From assembly GCA_963665555.2 (NCBI GenBank), contig CAXXXW010000001.1, positions 1,914-65,913 of the forward strand: 64,000 nucleotides of DNA, written 5' to 3'. A program made the position numbers and the translations under genes. Positions 28,935 through 38,746 of the stretch are shown here, one piece after another (the first letter of the stretch is position 1; every line of letters begins with the position of its first letter). Source of the stretch: Thalassobaculaceae bacterium (GTDB lineage Bacteria; Pseudomonadota; Alphaproteobacteria; Thalassobaculales; Thalassobaculaceae). Under the pieces are notes generated by a model. That model had not been told where the DNA came from, ran no database searches, and saw only the letters and a program-made list of their open reading frames with translations.

Positions 28935-29933
28935 ATGCCGATCCTCGTTACCGGAGCCGCCGGCTTCATCGGGATGCATGTCGCCCGCCGCCTGCTCGAC
29001 CGGGGCGAGGCGGTGGTGGGGATCGACAACCTGAACCCTTATTACGACCCGGCCCTGAAACGCGCCCGTCTGGCGACGCTCGACGGCGCGCCGGGCTTCG
29101 CCTTCGAGCGGCTGGACTTCGCGGACCCCGCCGCGATGGCCGGCGTCGCGGCGCGCCATCCGGGGATCGACCGCGTGATCCATCTCGGCGCGCAGGCCGG
29201 CGTGCGCCATTCGATCGAACGCCCCTGGGACTACCTCTCGGCCAATCTCGCGGGCCAGCTCTCGCTGATGGAGTTCTGCCGGGCGCTCGCGGGCCGGCCG
29301 GGCGGTTGCCGGAGCTTCGTGTACGCGAGCTCCTCCTCGGTCTACGGCGCGAACCGGGAGGTCCCGTTCGCGCCGGCGCACCGGACGGACAGCCCCGTGT
29401 CCTTCTACGGCGCGACCAAGAAGGCGTGCGAGACGATGGCGCAATCCTACGCGCACCTCTACCGCATCCCCTCGACCGGGCTGCGGTTCTTCACGGTGTA
29501 CGGCCCCTGGGGGCGGCCCGACATGTCGCCGTGGATCTTTACGAGCCGCATCCTCGCCGGGGAGCCGATCCCGGTGTTCGACCGGGGCCGCGCCCGGCGG
29601 GACTTCACCTGGATCGACGACATCGCCTCCGGCGTCGTCGCCGCGCTCGACCGGCCGCCGGGCGACGGGGCGGGCGAGGCCGGCGCGCCGCACCGCCTCT
29701 ACAACCTCGGCAACGACCGGCCGGTGGCGCTGATGGACTACATCCGCGTTATCGAGGCGGCGTGCGGCCGGCGCGCCGGGATCGACTTCCAGCCCGCCCG
29801 GCCGGGCGACATGCCGGAAACCCGCGCCGACATCGCCGACAGCGCGCGCGACCTCGGCTTCGCGCCCGAAACCCCCATCGAGGCCGGCATCCCCCGCTTC
29901 GTCGCGTGGTATCGGGAATATGCCGGCGTCTGA
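28935..29933 (+). CDS. NAD-dependent epimerase/dehydratase (extended SDR, similar to UDP-glucuronate 4-epimerase).
   Basis: ILVTGAAGFIG, ASSSSVYG, catalytic YGATKKACE (YxxxK), RFFTVYGPWGRPDM. Confidence 0.85.
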   Translation: MPILVTGAAGFIGMHVARRLLDRGEAVVGIDNLNPYYDPALKRARLATLDGAPGFAFERLDFADPAAMAGVAARHPGIDRVIHLGAQAGVRHSIERPWDYLSANLAGQLSLMEFCRALAGRPGGCRSFVYASSSSVYGANREVPFAPAHRTDSPVSFYGATKKACETMAQSYAHLYRIPSTGLRFFTVYGPWGRPDMSPWIFTSRILAGEPIPVFDRGRARRDFTWIDDIASGVVAALDRPPGDGAGEAGAPHRLYNLGNDRPVALMDYIRVIEAACGRRAGIDFQPARPGDMPETRADIADSARDLGFAPETPIEAGIPRFVAWYREYAGV

Positions 29934-29957
29934 GCCGGCGCGGCGCCGGGCCGCGCG

Positions 29958-31304
29958 TCAGCCGCCGGGGCCGGCCACCGTCATGCCGTCGATCCGGACC
30001 GTCGGCGCGTCGATCCCGCGCCTGAATTCGAGGTCGTCGGCGGGAACCAGCCGGGCGTACATCTCAAGCAGGTTGCCGGCGACCGTGATGTCGCTGACCG
30101 GCCAGGCGATCTCCCCGTTCTCGATCCAGAACCCGCCCGCGCCCCGGCTGTAGTCGCCGGTCGCCATGTTGACGCTCGCGCCCATGAGTTCAGTGATGTA
30201 GAGGCCGGACTTTATGTCGGACATCAGCTCCGCCGGCGAAACCGTTCCGGCGGCGAGGCAAAGGTTGGAGGCGGCCGGCGAGGGCACGCCGCCCGGCGCG
30301 CGCGCGGCGTGGCCCAGCGTCGCCAGCCCCAGCTGGCGCGCCGTCGCGAGGTCGAGCAGCCAGGAGCGGACATGCCCGTCCTCGACCAGGGCGCGGCGGG
30401 CGGTCGCGATCCCCTCCGCGTCGAAGGGCCGCGAGCGGCGCCCGCGCGGGCGGAGCGGATCGTCCGTCACGGCGATCCCCGGCGCGAACAGGGGCGCGTC
30501 CATCCTGTCCTTCAGGAAGCTCACGCCGCGCGCGACCGAGGCGCCGTTCAGCGCGGCGGCGAGATGGCCGACCAGCCCGCCGGAGACGCGGGGGCCGTAG
30601 ACCACCGGGACGGCGGCGCTGGCCGGGCGGCGCGGACCGAGGCGGCGCGCCGCGCGCTCGCCGGCCTCGCGGCCGATGGCGGCGGCGTCCTCCAGGTCGG
30701 CCTCGTGCGTCGCGGTCGAGTATTCGTAGTCCCGCTCCATGCCCTGGCCCTCGCCGGCCAGGGCGACGGCGCTCACCGAATGGCTGGAGCGGCGGTAGGC
30801 GCCGCGGAACCCGTTGCTGGCGAGGAGCGCGACCCGGTTCGCCGACCAGGCCGCCTCGCCGCCCTCCGAATTGGTGACGCCGGCGACGGCGAGCGCGGCG
30901 TCCTCGGCCGCCGCCGCGCGGTCGGCGAGGCGTTCGGGCGACGGCTCGGAGGGGTCGAACATGTCGATTTCGGGGATGCGCCGCGCGGTCTCGCCCGGCT
31001 CGGCGAGGCCGGCGAAGGGGTCCTCCGGCGCGACGCGCGCCATCGCCACCGCGCGCTCGACCAGTTCGTCCAGCGCTTCGGGCGAAAGGTCGGTGGAGGA
31101 GACGACCGCCTGGCGGCGGCCCACCAGCACGCGCAGGCCGAGGTCGCGCGACTCGGCCCGCTCCAGCGCCTCCGGCTTGCCGAGCCGCCGCGCCGCCGAC
31201 AGCGACCGGCTTTCGACATGCGCGGCGTCGGCCGCGTCGGCGCCGGCGCGCAGCGCCCCGGCGACCAGCCCGTCCAGAAGGTCGAAATCCCCGTTCGCGT
31301 CCAT
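29958..31304 (-). CDS. pmbA: TldD/PmbA family metalloprotease-like protein, PmbA/TldE type (no HExxxH motif seen).
   Basis: 448 aa. C-terminal blocks GLYITELMGASVNMATGDYSRGAGGFWIENGEI..PVSDITVAGNLLEM. ATG at 31304 (MDANGDFDLL). Confidence 0.75.
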   Translation of the reverse strand: MDANGDFDLLDGLVAGALRAGADAADAAHVESRSLSAARRLGKPEALERAESRDLGLRVLVGRRQAVVSSTDLSPEALDELVERAVAMARVAPEDPFAGLAEPGETARRIPEIDMFDPSEPSPERLADRAAAAEDAALAVAGVTNSEGGEAAWSANRVALLASNGFRGAYRRSSHSVSAVALAGEGQGMERDYEYSTATHEADLEDAAAIGREAGERAARRLGPRRPASAAVPVVYGPRVSGGLVGHLAAALNGASVARGVSFLKDRMDAPLFAPGIAVTDDPLRPRGRRSRPFDAEGIATARRALVEDGHVRSWLLDLATARQLGLATLGHAARAPGGVPSPAASNLCLAAGTVSPAELMSDIKSGLYITELMGASVNMATGDYSRGAGGFWIENGEIAWPVSDITVAGNLLEMYARLVPADDLEFRRGIDAPTVRIDGMTVAGPGG

Positions 31305-31459
31305 GCCCGCTCCGCCGCCGCGCCGCCCCGATCCGGGCCGCTCCGACATAGGCCGCGCCCGCGCCCCGCGCAACCCCGCCGGCGCGCCCGCGCCGCCTTG
31401 CCCCGGCGCGCCGGGCGCCTGTATAGGGGAACGGCGCGCGGCGGCGGGGAGGCGGTTCC

Positions 31460-31921
31460 GTGGAGTTCGACTGGAATCCGGCGGCGGAGGACGCCGCCTC
31501 GGTCCGGGCGTGGCTGGCGGCGTGGGAGCCGTGCGTGCGCGAGGTCGATTTCGCGCCGGCCCGCGCGCTGTTCGCCGGGAATGTCGCCTCTTTCGGCACG
31601 CATATGGGCGTGGTCGAGGGGTTGGACGCGCTGGAGCGCGGCCAGTGGCGCGCGGTCTGGCCGGCGATCGGGGATTTCGCCTGGGATTTCGACACGATGC
31701 GGATCGGCGTCTCGCCGGACCGGCTCATGGCCTTCCTGGTCGCGGTGTGGAGCTCCACGGGCTACCGCGAGGACGGGAGCCGGTTCGACCGGCCGGGCCG
31801 CACCACGGCGATCCTCTCCCGCGCCGCGGCCGGCGCGCCGTGGCTCTGCGCGCACACGCATTTCTCGCTCTATCCCGGCACGCCGGCGCGCTCGCACGGG
31901 GCGCGGCCGGCGAAGTCCTGA
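31460..31921 (+). CDS. NTF2-like (SnoaL/DUF4440, SgcJ/EcaC-type) protein.
   Basis: 153 aa with a GTG start. GRTTAILSR...WLCAHTHFS, characteristic of DUF4440/SnoaL-like folds. Confidence 0.55.
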   Translation: MEFDWNPAAEDAASVRAWLAAWEPCVREVDFAPARALFAGNVASFGTHMGVVEGLDALERGQWRAVWPAIGDFAWDFDTMRIGVSPDRLMAFLVAVWSSTGYREDGSRFDRPGRTTAILSRAAAGAPWLCAHTHFSLYPGTPARSHGARPAKS

Positions 31922-31940
31922 AGCGGCGGGGCGCGCCGCC

Positions 31941-32850
31941 ATGGAGATCGTCCCGAACGCGCGCGGCCTCGGCTGCCGGGTCGATGGGATCGACCTTGCC
32001 GAACCGCTGTCCGACGCCGCTTTTCGAGGCGATCCTGCGCGCCTTCGCCGACCATGCCGTGCTCCATTTCCCCGGCCAGGACCTGTCGCCGGAGGCGCAC
32101 AAGGCGTTCGCCGCGCGCTTCGGCTCGCTGGAGGTGAATGTCGCCGCCGGCCGCTACACCGTTCCCGGCCACCCGGAGATCATGGTCCTGTCCAACATCG
32201 TCGAGGACGGCGCGCCGATCGGCCTCGCCGACGCGGGGCAGGACTGGCACACCGACATGTCGTATTCGGCCGTGCCGGCCTTCCTCAACGTGCTGCACGC
32301 GATCCATGTGCCCCGCCGGAACGGGGCGCCGCTGGGCGCGACCGAGTTCCTCGACATGGCGGCGGCCTGGGACGCGCTGCCGGAGGCCGCGAAGGCGCGG
32401 GTCCGGGGCCGCACGGCGACGCACGATTTCGACAAGTTCTGGTCGCGGATGGTCGCCATGCCCGGCTCGCGCCGCGAGCCGCTGACGCCGGCGCGGCGCG
32501 CCGCCAGGCCGCCGGTCTCCCACCCCATCGCGTTCGCGCACCCGCTTTCGGGGCGGACCTCGCTCTACTGCAATGTCGGCTACGCGACGAGGGTGGACGG
32601 CGCGGGGGAGGCGGAAAGCGCGGAAATCCTCGCCCTGCTGTTCGCCCACCAGGTCCAGGACCGCTTCAAGTCGGTCCATCGCTGGACGGAGGGCGATGTG
32701 CTGGCCTGGGACAACCTGCGGACCATGCACAACGCCGTCGCCGATTACGGCCCGGACGAGCCCCGCCTGATGCGGCGCTGCCAGACGATGGCGGACTGGG
32801 TCCTGGGGGAGGGGGCGCGCCGCTTCGGCCCCGCCGCGCCGGCCGCCTGA
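31941..32850 (+). pseudogene. TauD/TfdA-family Fe(II)/2-oxoglutarate dioxygenase. The frame is broken by a 1-nt insertion in a T-run at 32021-32024.
   Basis: The first 28 aa (MEIVPNARGLGCRVDGIDLAEPLSDAAF) are in one frame. The rest (EAILRAFADHAVLHFPGQ..WHTDMSY..LAWDNLRTMHNAV) is in the frame of ORF 30814..32850. The 910-nt span equals 3n+1. Confidence 0.8.
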
Positions 32851-32857
32851 CGCCCGC

Positions 32858-33529
32858 CTAACCCCGGTTCCGCGCCGGCCCGCCATGGCGCGCGAGGCCC
32901 GTGAGCAGCAGGGCCAGCACCGCGCCGTTCAGGATGTGCCACGCGAAATGCGTGCCCCAGGGGAAGGCGGCGCAGACCCGCTCGTCGAGGATGCGGAGCG
33001 CGAGGGAGGCCGCGAACAGGCCCGCGCCCGCCAGCAGCCAGCCCGCGAGCCGGTGGCCGCGCGCGCCGAGGACCGCGGCGTTCCCCGCCATCAGCGCCAG
33101 CGCGGCGATGTAGCCGGCGTTCGCGCCGCCGAGCCATGTGTCGCGCAACAGGCGGCCCAGCAGCGCGGCGGCGGGGACGAAGGCGAGCGCGCCGGCGGCC
33201 GCCCAGGGCCGGGAAAGCCCGTGGGCGCGCCGCAGCACGACCGCGAAGTAGAGCAGGATGAAGACCTGGATCGCGATAACGTCCGCCGCCGCGGCCCAGG
33301 GCGTGGCCAGCGTGTGGAACAGGAAGGAGCCGATCCCGATGGCCAGCACGCTCGCCGCCAGCGCCGCGCCGGCGGGATCGGTCCGCCCGCCGCGCCGGGC
33401 GAGCGCCAGCCCCCACGCGGCGGCCGCGACGAAGGCGAGGTTGGTGGCCGCGTTGAGCGGCTCGCCCCAGAACTCCGGCGCGGTCCCGACCCGCTCGCAA
33501 TAGCCGTCGATGACGCGATCGCCGCCCAT
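32858..33529 (-). CDS. Ceramidase-family (alkaline ceramidase-like) integral membrane protein.
   Basis: YCERVGTAPEFWGEPLNAATNLAF, SFLFHTLAT, THFAWHILNG across about 6-7 TM helices. Confidence 0.65.
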   Translation of the reverse strand: MGGDRVIDGYCERVGTAPEFWGEPLNAATNLAFVAAAAWGLALARRGGRTDPAGAALAASVLAIGIGSFLFHTLATPWAAAADVIAIQVFILLYFAVVLRRAHGLSRPWAAAGALAFVPAAALLGRLLRDTWLGGANAGYIAALALMAGNAAVLGARGHRLAGWLLAGAGLFAASLALRILDERVCAAFPWGTHFAWHILNGAVLALLLTGLARHGGPARNRG

Positions 33530-33604
33530 CCCGGTCCCGCCCCGCCTTTTCCGCCGGCCCGCCCGTTATAGCGCGTTCCGCCCGCGCCGGCGCGCGGCGG
33601 CGGC

Positions 33605-33633
33605 TTGACACGCCCGGGCGCGCCCGCGATGCT
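33605..33633 (+). promoter_or_regulatory. Candidate sigma70-type promoter for the FAH-family gene pair.
   Basis: TTGACA (33605-33610), a 17-nt spacer, then GATGCT (33628-33633). It lies about 90 nt upstream of ATG 33721 in a divergent intergenic region. Confidence 0.25.
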
Positions 33634-33720
33634 CCGCGCGGGAAGGGGCGGGGCGCGCGGCGATGGCGGCGCGGCCCGCCCGGCGCGAGAGACCGGCGGG
33701 GCCGGGGGAGGGACGAGGCC

Positions 33721-34569
33721 ATGAAACTGCTGCGTTACGGGCCCGCGGGCCAGGAGAAACCGGGGCTTCTCGACGCCTCCGGGACGATCCGCGACCTGTC
33801 GGGCGAGATCGACGACATCGGCCCCGGCGCGCTGGACGACGCGACGCTGGCGCGCCTCGCCGCGCTCGACCCGGCCGGCCTGCCGGCGGTGTCCGGCGAC
33901 CCGCGCCTCGGCCCCTGCGTCGGCAATATCGGCAAGATGGTCTGCATCGGCCTCAACTACTCCGACCACGCGGCCGAAACCGGGGCCAAGCCGCCGCCGG
34001 AGCCGATTATCTTCATGAAGGCCAACTCGGCGATCTGCGGGCCGAACGACGATGTGCTGATCCCCCGCGGCGCGACCAAGACCGACTGGGAGGTCGAACT
34101 CGGCTTCGTGATCGGCAAGACGGCGAAATACGTGTCCGAGGAGGACGCGATGGATTACGTCGCCGGCTACTGCGTCTGCAACGACGTCTCGGAGCGCGAG
34201 TTCCAGGCCGAGCGCGCCGGGCAGTGGACCAAGGGCAAAAGCTGCGACACTTTCGGCCCCACCGGCCCGTGGCTGGTGACGCGCGACGAGGTTCCCGACC
34301 CGCAGAACCTGAAGATGACGCTGGACGTGAACGGCAAGCGCTACCAGGACGGCAGCACCGCGACGATGATTTTCGGCGTGCGCCACCTGGTGCACTACCT
34401 CTCGCACTTCTTCACGCTGCATCCGGGCGATGTGGTTTCGACCGGCACGCCGCCGGGCGTCGGCCTCGGCGTCAAGCCGGAGCCGGTGTTCCTGAAGCCC
34501 GGCGACGAGATGCGCCTCGCCATCGAGGGGCTGGGCGAGCAGCGCCAGAAATGCGTGGCCGACGACTGA
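33721..34569 (+). CDS. Fumarylacetoacetate hydrolase (FAH) family protein.
   Basis: KMVCIGLNYSDHAAE, IIFMKA, DWEVELGFVIGK, VCNDVSEREFQ, KSCDTFGPTGPW, GDVVSTGTPPGVG. Confidence 0.88.
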   Translation: MKLLRYGPAGQEKPGLLDASGTIRDLSGEIDDIGPGALDDATLARLAALDPAGLPAVSGDPRLGPCVGNIGKMVCIGLNYSDHAAETGAKPPPEPIIFMKANSAICGPNDDVLIPRGATKTDWEVELGFVIGKTAKYVSEEDAMDYVAGYCVCNDVSEREFQAERAGQWTKGKSCDTFGPTGPWLVTRDEVPDPQNLKMTLDVNGKRYQDGSTATMIFGVRHLVHYLSHFFTLHPGDVVSTGTPPGVGLGVKPEPVFLKPGDEMRLAIEGLGEQRQKCVADD

Positions 34570-34591
34570 CCGGCCGACGGACCGCCGCGCG

Positions 34592-35767
34592 ATGCCGCTG
34601 GAACTGAGCGTCGAATCCTGCCTGCCGGAGGATTACGGGCGGGCGGCGCTGGTCGGCCGGGCCTGGCTGCCCGGCGCCGGCGGGCCGGCCGTCGTGTCGG
34701 TCCGGGGCGACCGCCTGGTCGATATTTCGGCCGCCGCGCCCACCGTCTCGGAAGTGATGAACGCGGCCGATCCGCTCGCGCTCGCGACCGGGGCGCCGGG
34801 CGCGGACATCGGCGCGCTGGCCGACATCCTCGCCGATTCGGCCCACGACGCGGCCGACGAATCCCGGCCCCGCCTGCTCGCGCCGATCGACCTGCAGGCG
34901 GTGAAGGCGTGCGGCGTCACCTTCGCCGACAGCATGGTCGAGCGCGTGATCGAGGAGCGCGCCAAGGGCGACCCCGCCGCCGCCGAGGGCATCCGCGCCG
35001 GCATCGCCGAGGCGATCGGCCTCGACCTCGGCGATGTCGTTCCGGGTTCGGAGGAGGCCGCGCGGCTCAAGGCGGCGCTGGTCGAGCGGGGGATGTGGTC
35101 GCAATACCTCGAAGTCGGCATCGGGCCGGACGCCGAGGTGTTCACCAAGGCGCAGCCGATGTCGGCGGTCGGCCTCGGGGCCGAGATCGGCATCGCGTCC
35201 GGCTCCTCCTGGAACAACCCGGAGCCGGAGATCGCGCTGGTCGCCAACGCCCGCGCGGAGATCGTCGGCGCGACGCTCGGCAACGACGTGAACCTGCGCG
35301 ACGTGGAGGGGCGCAGCGCCCTGCTGCTCGGCAAGGCGAAGGACAACAACGCCTCCGCCGCCGTCGGCCCGCTGGTCCGGCTGTTCGACGCCCATTACAC
35401 GCTCGACGACGCGCGCGCGGCCGAACTGGACCTGTCCGTGGACGGGCCGGACGGGTTCGCGCTGCGGGGCCGCAGTTCGATGTCGCGGATCAGCCGCGAC
35501 CTGGCCGACCTGGTCGCCGCCACGATCGGGCCGCACCACCAGTACCCGGACGGGCTGTGCCTGATGACCGGCACGCTGTTTTCCCCGACCCAGGACCGCG
35601 ACGCGCCGGGCGGCGGCTTCACCCACAAGATTGGCGACGTCGTGCGGATTTCGACGCCCCGGCTCGGCGCGCTGGTCAACCGGGTGAACCTGTCGGAGGC
35701 GGTCCCGCCCTGGACCTTCGGCGCCGGCGCGCTGATGCGCAACCTGGCGGCGCGCGGCCTGCTCTAG
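34592..35767 (+). CDS. FAH-family protein, long (~390 aa) form.
   Basis: KACGVTFADSMVERVIEE, EPEIALVAN, GATLGNDVNLRDVEGRSALLLGKAKDNNAS, LMTGT...GDVVRISTPRLGALVNRV. Confidence 0.75.
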   Translation: MPLELSVESCLPEDYGRAALVGRAWLPGAGGPAVVSVRGDRLVDISAAAPTVSEVMNAADPLALATGAPGADIGALADILADSAHDAADESRPRLLAPIDLQAVKACGVTFADSMVERVIEERAKGDPAAAEGIRAGIAEAIGLDLGDVVPGSEEAARLKAALVERGMWSQYLEVGIGPDAEVFTKAQPMSAVGLGAEIGIASGSSWNNPEPEIALVANARAEIVGATLGNDVNLRDVEGRSALLLGKAKDNNASAAVGPLVRLFDAHYTLDDARAAELDLSVDGPDGFALRGRSSMSRISRDLADLVAATIGPHHQYPDGLCLMTGTLFSPTQDRDAPGGGFTHKIGDVVRISTPRLGALVNRVNLSEAVPPWTFGAGALMRNLAARGLL

Positions 35768-35811
35768 GGCGCGGCCGGCGGCGGAACGCGGGCGCCGCCC
35801 CCCGGCGGCCG

Positions 35812-37437
35812 CTACAGCGCACGCGCCCGCTCGCGCAGCGCGAATTTCTGGACCTTGCCGGTGGAGGTCTTCGGCAACTCGCCGAACACCACGGTCTTGG
35901 GCGCCTTGAAACGGGCGAGGTTGTCGCGGCACCAGGCGATCAGCTCGGCCTCCGTCGCCGTCCCGCCGGGCTTCAAGGCGACGAAGGCGCAGGGCGTCTC
36001 GCCCCATTTCTCGTCCGGGCGCGCCACCACCGCCGCCTCCAGCACCGCCGGGTGGCGGAACAGCACGCCCTCGACCTCGATGGTGCTGATGTTCTCGCCG
36101 CCGGAGATCACCAGGTCCTTGGAGCGGTCCTTCAGCTCGATGTAGCCGGATTCGTGCATCACGCCGAGGTCGCCGGTGCGGAACCAGCCGCCCTCGAACG
36201 CCTCCGCCGTCGCGGCGGGGTTCTTCAGGTAGCCCTTCATCACGATGTTGCCGCGCAGGAAGACCTCGCCCATCGACGCCCCGTCGGCCGGGACCGGCTC
36301 CATCGTTTCCGGGTCGGCGACCGCCAGCCCCTCCATGACCGGGTAGCGCACGCCCTGGCGCGCCTTCAGCGCCGCCCGCTCGGCGGCGGGAAGCGCATCC
36401 CACTCCCCGTGCCATTCGCAGACCACGGCCGGGCCGTACACTTCCGTCAGGCCGTAGACATGCGTGACCGACACGCCCCTCGCCTCCATCCCCTCGATCA
36501 CGGCGGCCGGCGGCGCGGAGCCGGCGGTCATCATGGCGAGCGGGCGTTCGATGGCGCGCACGGCGTCGTTCGGCGCGTTCACGAGCATGTTCATCACCAC
36601 CGGCGCGCCGCACATATGCGTCACCCCGTGGTCGGCGATGGCGTCGTAGATCGGCTTCGCCTCGACCCGGCGCAGGCAGACATGCGTGCCGCCGAGCAGG
36701 GTCACGGTCCACGGGAAGCACCAGCCGTTGCAGTGGAACATCGGCAGGGTCCAGAGATAGACCGGATGCTTGCCCATCCCCCACACGGTGGCGTTGGCGA
36801 GCGCGTTCAGGTAGGCGCCCCGGTGGTGGTACACCACGCCCTTGGGGTTGCCGGTGGTCCCGGAGGTGTAGTTGAGCGCGATGGCGTCCCACTCGCTTTC
36901 GGGAAGGCGCGGCGCGAAACCCGGGTCGCCAGCGGCGAGGAAGTCCTCGTACTCGACCTCGCCCAGCCGCTCGCCGCCCGACCCTTCCGGATCGTCGCAA
37001 TCGACGACGAGGATCGGCCGCCCCAGCAGGGCCAGCGCCTCGCGGACCACCGGCGCGAACTCGGTGTCGGTAACGACCGCCTTCGCCTCCCCATGGTCGA
37101 GGACGAAGGCGATCGTCGCGGCGTCGAGCCGGATGTTGAGCGCGTTCAGCGCCGCCCCCGTCATCGGGACGCCGAAGGTCGCCTCGAAGGCGGGCGGCGT
37201 GTTGGGCGCCATGACCGCCACCGTGTCGCCCTTGCCGATCCCGCGCGCCGCCAGCGCCGAGGCGAGCCGGCGGCAGCGCGCCCCCGTCTCGGCCCAGGTC
37301 CAGCGCCGTTCGCCGTGGATCACGGAGGTCCGGGACGGGAACACGGCCGCCGTCCGCGCGAGGAAGGAGAGCGGGGAGAGCGGAACGTAGTTCGCCGCGT
37401 TCTTGTCGAGGTCGGTCTCGAAGGGGTGCCCGGCCAT
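35812..37437 (-). CDS. Acyl-CoA synthetase / AMP-dependent ligase (medium-chain type).
   Basis: AMP-binding YTSGTTGNPKGV, YGLTEVYGP, FRTGDLGV, DRSKDLVISGGENIS, C-terminal KTSTGKVQKFALRE. ATG at 37437. Confidence 0.88.
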   Translation of the reverse strand: MAGHPFETDLDKNAANYVPLSPLSFLARTAAVFPSRTSVIHGERRWTWAETGARCRRLASALAARGIGKGDTVAVMAPNTPPAFEATFGVPMTGAALNALNIRLDAATIAFVLDHGEAKAVVTDTEFAPVVREALALLGRPILVVDCDDPEGSGGERLGEVEYEDFLAAGDPGFAPRLPESEWDAIALNYTSGTTGNPKGVVYHHRGAYLNALANATVWGMGKHPVYLWTLPMFHCNGWCFPWTVTLLGGTHVCLRRVEAKPIYDAIADHGVTHMCGAPVVMNMLVNAPNDAVRAIERPLAMMTAGSAPPAAVIEGMEARGVSVTHVYGLTEVYGPAVVCEWHGEWDALPAAERAALKARQGVRYPVMEGLAVADPETMEPVPADGASMGEVFLRGNIVMKGYLKNPAATAEAFEGGWFRTGDLGVMHESGYIELKDRSKDLVISGGENISTIEVEGVLFRHPAVLEAAVVARPDEKWGETPCAFVALKPGGTATEAELIAWCRDNLARFKAPKTVVFGELPKTSTGKVQKFALRERARAL

Positions 37438-37486
37438 GTCTCGATCCTCCCCGGCTTCGCGCGCCGCTCCCGCGCGGAGCCGGAAC

Positions 37487-38617
37487 CTAGCCCCGGCGGC
37501 GCCCCCGCGCAACGGCGCCGCCGGGCGCGCGCGCCAGCACGCCGCCCGCGAGCGGCGCCGGGACGCCGGTGGTTCCGGGCCAGCTCAGCGCCAGCCCGAG
37601 GCGCGCGCGGACCGCGAGATAGGCGAAGGCCTGCGCCTCCACCGCGTCGCCGTCCCAGCCCGCCGCCTCGCCGGCCTCGACCGGCGCGCCGAGCCGGGCC
37701 GCGAGGCCGGACAGGATCGCCCGGTTGCGCCGCCCGCCGCCGGCGACGATCCAGCGCCGCGGCCGCGCCGGGAGCAGCGCCGCCGCCCGCGCCACCGCCT
37801 CGACCGCGAAAGCCGCCAGCAGCGCCGCCCCGTCCCCGGTCGAAAGGCCCGACGCGGCCTCGGCGGCCGCCGAGGCGAAAGCGTTCCGGTCGAGCGATTT
37901 GGGCGGCGCGCGGTCGAAATACGGATGCTCCATGAGCCGGGCGAGGCGGGCCGGATCGACGCGCCCGGACAGCGCCGCCGCGCCGTCCTCGTCGAAGGGC
38001 CGGCCGGTCCGCCGCCGCATCCAGTCGTCGATCGGCGCGTTGCCGGGGCCGGTGTCGAAACCGATGAGGTCGCCGTCGCCCGGCCCGATCCAGGTGACGT
38101 TCGCCACCCCGCCGATATTGAGCACCGCGGCCGGGCGCGGGCCGGGGCCGAGCAGCGCGCGGTGGAAGACCGGCGCCAGCGGCGCGCCCTGTCCGCCGGC
38201 GGCGATGTCGGCGGCGCGGAAGTCGTGCACCGTGTCGATCCCCGTCGCCGCCGCCAGCATCGGCCCGTCGCCGATCTGCCTTGTGCGGCCGCGCTCCGGC
38301 TCGTGCAGGACGGTGTGGCCGTGGAAGCCGAGCGCGTCCACTTCGTCCGCCCGCGTCCCGGCCTCCGCCAGCAGCCGCGCGACGGCGCGGGCGTGCAGCG
38401 CGGTCAGTTCGCGTTCGACGGCCGGGCCGTCCGCGCCCGCGCCCCTTGCGGCGACCAGCCGGCCCAGCCGGTCGCGGAACGCCGCTTCGTAGGGGAGCGA
38501 AAGCGACGGGCCGAGGCGGACGGCCGCCTCCCCGTCGGTCTCGACCAGGGCCGCGTCCACCCCGTCCATCGAGGTGCCGCTCATCGTCCCGATTGCTGTC
38601 CAGGTCGCTCCGGCCAT
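37487..38617 (-). CDS. anmK: Anhydro-N-acetylmuramic acid kinase.
   Basis: IGTMSGTSMDGVDAAL, NIGGVANVT, FDTGPGN. Divergent from tyrS. Confidence 0.88.
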   Translation of the reverse strand: MAGATWTAIGTMSGTSMDGVDAALVETDGEAAVRLGPSLSLPYEAAFRDRLGRLVAARGAGADGPAVERELTALHARAVARLLAEAGTRADEVDALGFHGHTVLHEPERGRTRQIGDGPMLAAATGIDTVHDFRAADIAAGGQGAPLAPVFHRALLGPGPRPAAVLNIGGVANVTWIGPGDGDLIGFDTGPGNAPIDDWMRRRTGRPFDEDGAAALSGRVDPARLARLMEHPYFDRAPPKSLDRNAFASAAAEAASGLSTGDGAALLAAFAVEAVARAAALLPARPRRWIVAGGGRRNRAILSGLAARLGAPVEAGEAAGWDGDAVEAQAFAYLAVRARLGLALSWPGTTGVPAPLAGGVLARAPGGAVARGRRRG

Positions 38618-38746
38618 GGGGCGGTTTTGCGGCGCGCGCGGGGCCGGGTCAACCGGAGACCCGCGGCGCGCCCGCCCGGTTGAGAGGCGAGGCGCCCCGT
38701 GCTACATCCCGCCCGCCCCGAAACGACCGGCGCGAGGCGCGCGGCC

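Noticed and set aside
21675-29693. A 2672-aa minus-strand ORF in the track, which would be the largest 'gene' in the window.
   Set aside because: Only its last 257 codons (DUF3750 protein, 21675-22448) look real. The rest is Arg/Pro/Gly/Ala-rich. It runs out of frame through the IOR-family gene and antisense to the well-supported autotransporter and epimerase genes. This is the typical stop-codon-poor frame of high-GC DNA.
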